Source of the DNA: Pseudomonadales bacterium
GTDB taxonomy: Bacteria > Pseudomonadota > Gammaproteobacteria > Pseudomonadales > JBECKS01
Assembly (NCBI GenBank): GCA_965223975.1
Contig: OZ245031.1
Location: 1,475,606 to 1,539,605, forward strand
DNA length: 64,000 nucleotides
Direction: 5' to 3'
The notes below the pieces were generated by a model. The model saw nothing but the letters and a program-made list of their open reading frames with translations. It ran no database searches and was not told the DNA's origin. Position 1 is the stretch's first letter. Each line of letters begins with the position of its first letter. The translations under genes and the position numbers were made by a program. Below are positions 56,365 to 64,000 of this stretch, piece after piece.

Positions 56365-57660
56365 TTATAGGTCGTAGCCTTTTTCGTTGTGCATCACTAG
56401 GTCTAAACCTTCTTGCTCTTCTTCTTCGCTCACTCGAAGCCCCATCACTGCATCGATGACTTTAAGTAGAACAAAGGTCACTACTGCGGTGTAGGCGAAG
56501 GTCGCGCCAACGCCGATGGCTTGAACAACAAACTGGCTGCCCATGTCCATGCCTTCGTTGTAACCTTGGCCGCTGAATACGCCAATAGCGTCAGAGGCGA
56601 ATACTGCTGCGAGCAAAGTACCTAAGATGCCGCCCACGCCGTGAACAGGAAATACGTCCAAAGAGTCGTCGATTTTAAGGGTTTGCTTTATGAACTGAGT
56701 CGCGAAGAAGCAAACGAAGCCAGCGCTGATACCGATGATCAATGCGCCACCAGGACCTACGAAACCAGACGCAGGAGTGATCGTGCCTAGACCTGCAACC
56801 ATCCCCGTCGCAATACCTAGAACTGAAGGTTTACCGTACTTAACCCATTCAATACCAGCCCATACCAGAGAGCCGGCAGCTGCAGAGATATGAGTTACCA
56901 ACATAGCCATCGCTGCGTCGCCATTGGCTGCTAAAGCTGATCCGCCGTTAAAGCCGAACCATCCAACCCATAGCATACCGGCACCGGTAACTACCATAGT
57001 CATGTTGTGTGGAGGCATTGCTTGAGTAGGGAAGCCTTTACGATTGCCGATAACAACCGCAGCAACGATGGCAGCAACACCCGCAGTAATATGAACAACG
57101 GTACCACCAGCAAAATCGAGAAGTCCCATCTCGCCTAACCAGCCGCCGCCCCAAACCCAGTGGCAAACAGGTGCGTAAACTAACACTAACCAAGCCATGC
57201 TGAATAAGAACATAGAAGAAAACTTAATACGCTCAGCAAAACCACCTACGATAAGTGCAGGAGTAATGATAGCGAAAGTCATTTGGAATAAAGCGAACAG
57301 TGATTCAGGGATGTCGCCTGAAACAGTTTCTTCTTGAATATTTGCGAATAGCACGTTGCTCAAATCGCCGATCCAAGCGTTACCGGTGCCAAAGGCCAAG
57401 CTGTAACCGAGGATCAACCATACGATGCTGGCGCCACAAGCAATGGCGAAACATTGCATGAATACAGACAAAGAGTTCTTAGAGCGAACTAGGCCTGCGT
57501 AAAATAATGATAAGCCTGGAAGGGTCATCATCAATACTAAAGCGGTAGAGGTTAATATCCACGCGGTATTAGCACCATTAAGCTCATCAGCTTGAGCAAT
57601 ACCCGATATCAATAGAAGAAAAGGGGCCGCTAAGAGGGAAAGTTTAGTCGTCGTTTTCAT
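56365..57660 (-). CDS. amtB: Ammonium transporter
   Basis: LFYAGLVR.KN, FQMTFAIITPAL, DFAGGTVVH, WVGWFGFNGGS, DDSLDVFPVHG. Confidence 0.97.
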   Translation of the reverse strand: MKTTTKLSLLAAPFLLLISGIAQADELNGANTAWILTSTALVLMMTLPGLSLFYAGLVRSKNSLSVFMQCFAIACGASIVWLILGYSLAFGTGNAWIGDLSNVLFANIQEETVSGDIPESLFALFQMTFAIITPALIVGGFAERIKFSSMFLFSMAWLVLVYAPVCHWVWGGGWLGEMGLLDFAGGTVVHITAGVAAIVAAVVIGNRKGFPTQAMPPHNMTMVVTGAGMLWVGWFGFNGGSALAANGDAAMAMLVTHISAAAGSLVWAGIEWVKYGKPSVLGIATGMVAGLGTITPASGFVGPGGALIIGISAGFVCFFATQFIKQTLKIDDSLDVFPVHGVGGILGTLLAAVFASDAIGVFSGQGYNEGMDMGSQFVVQAIGVGATFAYTAVVTFVLLKVIDAVMGLRVSEEEEQEGLDLVMHNEKGYDL

Positions 57661-57716
57661 AGTGTTTTCCTAAGAAGGGTCGTTACTATTTGTTTTGCTA
57701 ACTGGCACGAATACGC

Positions 57717-58112
<396 letters not shown>

Positions 58113-58200
58113 CTATAGGGAGGCTCTTGTCGGCTCAGAAAGCGGGGATACTAGGTCAGCCCCTGTACATGATCAACAAAAACCGCCCAATTTTGGACCC

Positions 58201-58239
58201 TGCACTAAAATTGTGCAAAATGTGTACGATAGTGGTGCG
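58201..58239. promoter_or_regulatory. Tandem NtrC-like binding sites upstream of glnK
   Basis: TGCACTAAAATTGTGCA (58201-58217) and weaker TGTACGATAGTGGTGCG (58223-58239) versus consensus TGCACCA-N3-TGGTGCA. Confidence 0.75.
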
Positions 58240-58328
58240 ATAAAGCTAATAAAGCACTTTAGAAGGATGGTATCAGCCTGATAGGCGCCTTGAGTGAACC
58301 GATTCGATCAAATTTGAAGGAGTGAGTT

Positions 58329-58787
58329 ATGGATTTAATGGGAATAGGGCCAGCCGAGAAATTGGCAATCGTTAGTGCTGGTGTGTTTTTTCTAACTGGG
58401 CTTTTAAGTGGGGTCTGGAAATATCAGCAGATCCACCAAAGTGAATCGGGTCAGGCGCATATATATGTCGATATTGCCCATCGAGCCTCATTGCTCTATG
58501 CCTTCGCTGCTATTCTCTTGGCCAAGTTCGCTGAAATATCACGTTTATCGGACACGCTAGAGCTAATCGCTATGACCGCTTTGGTCTTTTACTTTGCTAC
58601 TGCCATTTTGACCTATTTAGCCCATGGCTTTTTTCAGGATACTGAAAACCAACTTAAGCCCCCTTATAAAATAGGAAACCTAAAGCTATCCGGGGGTGGA
58701 ATCCGTTGGTATATGTGGACGTTAATAGCTGGCGAAGTAGGCGGCTTTTTAGTTTTATTTTACGGGGTATTGGACGCTCTGTTTTAG
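58329..58787 (+). CDS. Four-TM hypothetical membrane protein
   Basis: GGAG RBS, four hydrophobic segments, His-containing AHIYVDIAHRA and AHG motifs. Confidence 0.75.
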   Translation: MDLMGIGPAEKLAIVSAGVFFLTGLLSGVWKYQQIHQSESGQAHIYVDIAHRASLLYAFAAILLAKFAEISRLSDTLELIAMTALVFYFATAILTYLAHGFFQDTENQLKPPYKIGNLKLSGGGIRWYMWTLIAGEVGGFLVLFYGVLDALF

Positions 58788-58822
58788 GTAGCCGTTAACT
58801 TTAGCTAAAAAGGAAAAGATTT

Positions 58823-59254
58823 ATGTCATATGAAGTACAAATTGCGAATAGCGATGAGCAAATACAATCCTGTTTTTTGGTCATGCATCAGCTTAGGCCT
58901 CACTTAGTTGAAAGCGAGTTTGTAGAGCGAGTACGTGAACAGATGAAAGAGGCTTATCAGCTTGCCTTCATTATGGAAGAAGGCGAGGTAAACGCTTGCG
59001 CGGGATTCAGAATTTCGAACAACCTGTTTATGGGTAAAAACCTATATGTGGATGATTTAATCAGTGCAGAAGATCAACGATCAAAAGGTCTAGGCACGTC
59101 GCTAATGACCTGGCTGCGCGAGCTAGCCAAACAAGAAGGCTGCCAGGTGTTGCATTTAGATTCTGGTACTCATAGAAAAGATGCTCATCGATTTTATTTT
59201 CGTGAAGGCATGCACATTGCGAGTTATCACTTTAGTGAAGATTTAAACCAATAA
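58823..59254 (+). CDS. GNAT N-acetyltransferase
   Basis: LYVDDLIS....RSKGLG..L, LHLDSG..R.DAHRFY. Confidence 0.9.
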   Translation: MSYEVQIANSDEQIQSCFLVMHQLRPHLVESEFVERVREQMKEAYQLAFIMEEGEVNACAGFRISNNLFMGKNLYVDDLISAEDQRSKGLGTSLMTWLRELAKQEGCQVLHLDSGTHRKDAHRFYFREGMHIASYHFSEDLNQ

Positions 59255-59327
59255 ACGCCGGTCATCAAATCATGTTCATCTAAGGTTAAAATTAATACCA
59301 CTAATTTATGAGTGACAGGTTGAGATT

Positions 59328-59531
59328 GTGAAACAAGCGATAGTGTCCTATCACCAAGATGAGCAAAACGATTGGGTGGCCGAGTTGAGCTGTGGGCACT
59401 TTCAGCATGTAAGACACAATCCACCCTGGACTAATCGCGCTTGGACCCAAAGTGAAGAGGGCCGAGCGTCTAAGGTTGGCGCATTACTGAATTGCGTTAA
59501 GTGTGAAGACAATGCGCCGCCCGACAAATAA
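59328..59531 (+). CDS. DUF3565 small Cys/His protein
   Basis: YHQD....WVAELSCGHFQHVRHNPPW.NR.W, C.KC. Confidence 0.8.
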   Translation: MKQAIVSYHQDEQNDWVAELSCGHFQHVRHNPPWTNRAWTQSEEGRASKVGALLNCVKCEDNAPPDK

Positions 59532-59533
59532 TA

Positions 59534-60544
59534 ATGGAGACCGCTATGCAAAGTGATTTTCAATTTCAAAATAACCATTCGGCGCAAAATTTAAAACTAT
59601 CATTTTACTTATCTGCATTTTTCGCCTTAGCAATTACTTTTGTTTCTTTTGAGTTGAGTGCCGGTGATAAAAAATTAGCCAAGCGAGAAATGAAAGTTGG
59701 TGAATACAATCGATCCTATTATCTTCGTTACCCTGAGTACTTTGATAGTCAAACACGCTTTCCTCTGCTAATTGTTTTGCACGGGGGTGATCGTAAAAAT
59801 GGTGATGAAGCCGCTAAACGAACTGGCTTTGATAAGCTGGCTGATGATGGTCGCTATATCGCGGTATTCCCTAACGGTTTTAAGGGTAAATGGCATGACG
59901 GGCGTTTGCCGAAAAAAGAACGTAAAAGGAATAAGTATATAAAGAAGCAAGATAACGACATTGCTTTTTTAAAACAGCTTATTGATTACATGGTGCAATA
60001 TGAGCAGGTAGATCCTAAGCGGGTTTATATTACCGGCATGTCTAATGGCGGGATGATGAGTATTCGTATGGCCTGCGAAGCCAGCGATAAAATCACAGCT
60101 ATTGCACCTATTATTGCCAATATGCCTGTTGATATTGTTGAGGCGTGTAAACCAAAGAAGAAAATATCCTTTTTATTGATGAACGGAACCGCTGACCCTC
60201 TAGTGCCTTGGGACGGTGGGCACGTCAATGCCGCTTTTAAAAACCGTGGCAAAGTATTATCAACAACCAATACCCTTAAGTTTTGGAAACGACACAATGG
60301 CTGTTCAAAGGTCAAGTCTGAAATGACGCTTCCAAATAAAAATACCAAAGACGGATCTATTATCGGTAAGAAGGAATTTGTTTGCGATGAAGGCGCAGAA
60401 ATGGTTCTTTATTCCGTACGCGGGGGTGGTCACACTTTACCTGGTAGCAATGTCCCAAATCGTCCGCGTTTGCTTGGTAAGAAAAACTTAGATGCTAATG
60501 GTGCTGTATTGATTTGGGACTTTTTAAAAGAACAAAGTAGATAG
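59534..60544 (+). CDS. Secreted PHB-depolymerase/LpqC-family serine esterase
   Basis: PLLIVLHGG, AVFPNG, YITGMSNGGMM (GxSxG), NGTADPLVP, GGGHTLP; signal-like hydrophobic segment. Confidence 0.85.
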   Translation: METAMQSDFQFQNNHSAQNLKLSFYLSAFFALAITFVSFELSAGDKKLAKREMKVGEYNRSYYLRYPEYFDSQTRFPLLIVLHGGDRKNGDEAAKRTGFDKLADDGRYIAVFPNGFKGKWHDGRLPKKERKRNKYIKKQDNDIAFLKQLIDYMVQYEQVDPKRVYITGMSNGGMMSIRMACEASDKITAIAPIIANMPVDIVEACKPKKKISFLLMNGTADPLVPWDGGHVNAAFKNRGKVLSTTNTLKFWKRHNGCSKVKSEMTLPNKNTKDGSIIGKKEFVCDEGAEMVLYSVRGGGHTLPGSNVPNRPRLLGKKNLDANGAVLIWDFLKEQSR

Positions 60545-60562
60545 TTTGTACTTTCTGCCGGC

Positions 60563-62887
60563 TTAAGCGTTTCCTTTTAGCGGCTTTTTATCGATTAACA
60601 TCAATAGCGGCGGCAACATAAAGAAGTCTAGCGCTAATGCTGATACTAAGATCATCGCTGTTAGTGAACCTAAGTCTGCGTTAGGCACAAAGCTTGATGT
60701 AATTAGCAAACCAAAGCCGGCGACTAACACGACTGTAGTAATCCACAGCGGTGCGCCCACATGTTTAAATGCATAACGCACAGCGTCTTGGGAGCTTGCG
60801 TTGTTTTCTCTTCGTGCTCTTAAATACTTACTTAAAAAGTGCACGGTATCGTCCACCACAATACCAATGGTAATACTGAGTACCATCATTTGACTCATTT
60901 GCAGTAAGCCCGAATACATTGCCCACATGCCGTATCCTATGCCTGCAGGCAGTAAGTTTGGAATAAGGCTGATTAATCCATAACGAATGGATTTAAAAAC
61001 TAGGGTTAAGATTACAGAAATTAAAAACAAAGCGAAAACCGCACCAAGAATCGCGCTGGCTGAGGAGCTGCTGCCAAGATAAGTCCACATGTAAATCAAA
61101 CTAGTGGGCTCTGTATGAAGGTACTCCGGCATGTTGGTGTGAATCCAATCTTTAAACTCTATACCTAAATTATTTAAGGAAATAGAATCCATAGTAGCGG
61201 TGGCGATAATCAGCTTGGTGCCATCTTTATCGCTGGTGATAAAGTGAGTCATGTCCGCGCCTTGGGGCTGGGATAGTTCAAATAACAATAGGTATTGAGC
61301 AGCTTCCTGCTGTGAACTAGGTACGGCATAGTGATTTGGATCATCACCATGCATATTTTTATTAAGGCGTTTTATCACATCACTGTAACTTCGAACATTC
61401 ATTACTTTTGGATGGGAACGAAGGTAGTTTGAGAAACGATCCAAAGCATCCAAGTATTCGGGGTCAGAAATGGTTTTGCCTGGTGCGGCGATAAAATCAA
61501 ATTCGATGGTGTATAAGCCACCAAAGTATTGATCGATTAATTCGTTGTCTGAACGAAACTGATTAGGCTTTTTTATGTTTTCGGAAAACACATCATTGAT
61601 AACATTTTGAGGTACAAGCGCTAGCATGGTGCCGGAGAAGATAACGCTAATTAGCAATAAGCCTCCGCGCTTGGCGATCACAAATTCCGCAAGTTGCAGC
61701 ATTCGTTTCTGAAAACCCTCTTCTTTTCTAGCTTTTACTTTTCCTGCTGGTAAGGCTAGGGCAAGTGCAGGAAGCAAAGTCAGTGATAGAGCAAAAGCAA
61801 TGACCACGCCAATAGCGGAAATGTTTCCTAGGTCGTGAGCTGGCGGCATTTTTGAGAAATTCATACTCAAGAAACCCAGCGCGGTGGTGAGGGTAGTTAA
61901 AAATATCGGTTGAAAGTTAATGCGTAAACTTTCGCTCAGTGCGGTTTGCTTGTCGGCACCAGCGCGATAGCCCTCTAAAAAACCGTTGAGCAAATGCACG
62001 CAGTGAGCAATCGACACGGTGATGACAATGTTCATAGCGGAAATGGATAACATGTTTAAAGCGATGCCGAGATGAAAGGCCATGCCTAGGGCCGCTGATG
62101 TTGATGTAACCGTAATAACCCAAATAGTGAAAACAGCTGAAATAGACCGAAGAAAAATAAATAGCAGACCAAAAATGATCAGGTACATGATGGGGATCAG
62201 TGTGGTCGAGTCACTCATGCCTTTGCTGATCATAGCGGTGTTACTCACCACACTTCCGGTGATAGCAATATCGATATGGGGGTAAAGCGCTTCGTATTTT
62301 TCTGCGAGAGCGTAACCGGCGTCGCTGATTTCAGCTTCTTCTTTTACACGATCGATAAAAGGGTTATTCACGATGGTGTTAATCATGGCGAACTCACCCT
62401 TAGTGGTGGTGAGACGATTAACGATATCTGGGTCGCTGAGGGCGATATCTTTTATTCGTTGTATGCGCTCGGGTGTAAGGTTGCTGGTATCTTCCAGCAG
62501 CTCTTCGACGTAAAGGTCATCACCTTCACTCCAGGAGTAAGCGTAGTTTGCGAGTGAGTCAACGCGCTGGGCATAGGGCAGGAGCCAGGCTTCATCGGTG
62601 AGCTCTTTTAATAGTTTTAGGTTTTCTTCGCTATACAGTTCGCCCTCTTTGATTTGAAGGACTAGGGTGACGGCATCGACGCGGCCGTATTTCTTTTCGA
62701 TGTCTTTAAAGCGAAGTAGGTGCTCATTGTCTTTGGCGAAGTAGGCTCTTGGGTCCGCATCCATTTGAAAGTCTTTCAGGCCATACCCAGCGAATAAGAC
62801 AAAGACGATGCTTAGGCAGAAAGCGATCCAGCGTTTTTGAATGAGTAAAAGTGAAAAGCGGCTTTCGATGCTTTGAAAGTCAACCAT
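60563..62887 (-). CDS. MMPL/RND-family transporter
   Basis: Two repeats, each with a large periplasmic loop and TM bundle; LTTLTTALGFLS, SLIPNLLP, GIVVDDTVH, SSF.PN.DLG. Confidence 0.9.
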   Translation of the reverse strand: MVDFQSIESRFSLLLIQKRWIAFCLSIVFVLFAGYGLKDFQMDADPRAYFAKDNEHLLRFKDIEKKYGRVDAVTLVLQIKEGELYSEENLKLLKELTDEAWLLPYAQRVDSLANYAYSWSEGDDLYVEELLEDTSNLTPERIQRIKDIALSDPDIVNRLTTTKGEFAMINTIVNNPFIDRVKEEAEISDAGYALAEKYEALYPHIDIAITGSVVSNTAMISKGMSDSTTLIPIMYLIIFGLLFIFLRSISAVFTIWVITVTSTSAALGMAFHLGIALNMLSISAMNIVITVSIAHCVHLLNGFLEGYRAGADKQTALSESLRINFQPIFLTTLTTALGFLSMNFSKMPPAHDLGNISAIGVVIAFALSLTLLPALALALPAGKVKARKEEGFQKRMLQLAEFVIAKRGGLLLISVIFSGTMLALVPQNVINDVFSENIKKPNQFRSDNELIDQYFGGLYTIEFDFIAAPGKTISDPEYLDALDRFSNYLRSHPKVMNVRSYSDVIKRLNKNMHGDDPNHYAVPSSQQEAAQYLLLFELSQPQGADMTHFITSDKDGTKLIIATATMDSISLNNLGIEFKDWIHTNMPEYLHTEPTSLIYMWTYLGSSSSASAILGAVFALFLISVILTLVFKSIRYGLISLIPNLLPAGIGYGMWAMYSGLLQMSQMMVLSITIGIVVDDTVHFLSKYLRARRENNASSQDAVRYAFKHVGAPLWITTVVLVAGFGLLITSSFVPNADLGSLTAMILVSALALDFFMLPPLLMLIDKKPLKGNA

Positions 62888-62909
62888 AGTAGGGCCTCAG
62901 CGTATAAAC

Positions 62910-62931
62910 GATAATGATAATTATCGTTATC
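62910..62931. promoter_or_regulatory. Fur box overlapping the MMPL promoter
   Basis: GATAATGATAATTATCGTT matches GATAATGATAATCATTATC at 15/19; an overlapping reverse-strand copy (62913-62931) is also 15/19; it overlaps a minus-strand TTGCAG-N16-TATGAT promoter. Confidence 0.8.
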
Positions 62932-63009
62932 ATAACGGCTTTTAAGGTCCCTGCAAGGGCTTTATTGAAGATCGTTCGGAGAGTTTTAGAAGAGGGGGGA
63001 GGGGCAATG

Positions 63010-63038
63010 AAAAAGGGCTCAGCGTTGGCTAAGCCCTT
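63010..63038 (-). terminator. Intrinsic terminator of the SDR gene
   Basis: Minus strand AAGGGCTTAGC-CAAC-GCTGAGCCCTT then TTT. Confidence 0.8.
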
Positions 63039-63079
63039 ATATCAAGCGATTGAGTACTTGAGTGTTAAGTTATTGGGGG

Positions 63080-63850
63080 CTAGACCCCGTAACCGCCGTC
63101 AACTGAAAGCAGTTGTCCGGTCACATAGCCGGCTTTGTTGGAGGCTAGATAGACCACCGCATTGGCGACTTCTTCAGGTTCACCCCAGCGCTTCACGCAA
63201 AGGCCAGCTTGAACGGCGTTTTTCCATTCTTCGTCAAATACACCCTCCGCCCATAAACGCTTAAAGATGCCGGCGTTGATTACGCCGATGGCCACGCTAT
63301 TGGCACGAATATTAAATTGGCCCTCTTCCTTAGCAATTCCCTGGATCAGCCATTCGATAGCGGCTTTAGGCGCCACGGATAGGGCGTCACGCTCTGGCCA
63401 TTTGTGAAGGCCTGCCGAGCTGATATGAACATAAGAGCCGCCACCTGCTTCTTTCATATGCGGTAAAGAGGCATGAACGATATTGAAGAAGCCGTTTACG
63501 TCGGCGTCTACCACTGCTTTCCATTTTTCGGGAGTGAGATCGCGAATCATGAGTTGTTCGATATCAGAACCCGCAGCAATTACGACGGTATGAATACGTG
63601 CTGTGCCAGCGATTTGGTCAATGAGGGCTTTGACTCGGTCGGCATCACCAATAGAAAGCTGGTGACATTCGGCGTGTTTGCCCATGCCCTTAACTTTTTC
63701 CACCATTTCTTGAGCGCGCTCTTCGTTGCTGTTGTAGGTTAAGGCAACGTCACTGCCTGCTGCTGCGAGTGCTTCACAAATGGATGCGCCTACGCCGCCA
63801 CTGCCGCCAACTACAAGCGCTAGGCCTGCTGGGAAATCTTCTTGAGCCAT
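63080..63850 (-). CDS. Short-chain dehydrogenase/reductase (atypical active site)
   Basis: VVGGSGGVG Rossmann motif, ISSAG, IRANSVAIG, VTGQLLSVDGG; LSVAPK in place of YxxxK. Confidence 0.88.
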   Translation of the reverse strand: MAQEDFPAGLALVVGGSGGVGASICEALAAAGSDVALTYNSNEERAQEMVEKVKGMGKHAECHQLSIGDADRVKALIDQIAGTARIHTVVIAAGSDIEQLMIRDLTPEKWKAVVDADVNGFFNIVHASLPHMKEAGGGSYVHISSAGLHKWPERDALSVAPKAAIEWLIQGIAKEEGQFNIRANSVAIGVINAGIFKRLWAEGVFDEEWKNAVQAGLCVKRWGEPEEVANAVVYLASNKAGYVTGQLLSVDGGYGV

Positions 63851-64000
63851 GTTTTTCTCCTTTACATTAAGACCAATTCTGAAAATGATGGGTCTCAGTG
63901 TATAGAGCTAAAGGCTCATGACATCGTCTAAAGAGGTGAAAAAAGTTGAGCGCGAATAAATTGCCATTGGGCAGGAAACCCTTCGAGTGGAGAGCGCTGG

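Noticed and set aside
58274-58291. Minus-strand GG-N10-GC (AAGGCGCCTATCAGGCT) as the glnK sigma54 promoter
   Set aside because: Poor match outside the dinucleotides and on the wrong side of the NtrC boxes
62914-63264. 116-aa plus-strand ORF between the MMPL and SDR genes
   Set aside because: Runs through the Fur box and the terminator and overlaps the SDR 3' end; no motif

Overview
Ordinary-looking chromosomal segment of a gammaproteobacterium. Gene content and synteny (rubAB divergent from ubiCA, long-type isocitrate lyase, SCP2/SRPBCC/MMPL lipid-handling genes) suggest a lipid- or hydrocarbon-using Pseudomonadales/Oceanospirillales-like organism; this is inference. From left to right: a pseudaminic-acid (pseBCF-G/H-I) cluster with an extra formyltransferase and PIG-L deacetylase; manC; glmU-galE-glmS; two tandem type IV minor-pilin clusters (an AT-rich pilVWX set directly behind glmS and a full fimT-pilVWX-pilY1-pilE set) separated by a 2OG-Fe(II) Asp/Asn-hydroxylase-like gene; a porin; an AAA ATPase; an opp ABC operon; a diiron ferritin-like protein; a TfpX/Z-type pilin accessory gene; LysR, cspA, purU; rubAB; ubiCA; a TRAP QM pair; aceA; cydAB; a stand-alone condensation-type acyltransferase; a CsoR-family-led sulfur-detoxification operon; glnK-amtB; an esterase; an MMPL/RND transporter; and an SDR. 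I saw no rRNA, tRNA, CRISPR array, transposase or integrase. No unmistakable new system stands out. The best leads are the Fur-box-controlled MMPL transporter, the 1635-aa PilY1 with a vWA domain split by about 600 aa of extra modules, the duplicated minor-pilin set, an OppC permease carrying a fibronectin-III-like insertion, a CsoR-type repressor with a visible operator heading a BigR-type sulfur operon, and a deacetylase plus formyltransferase pair in the pse cluster. All functional calls come from motif recognition by eye; no database search was run.
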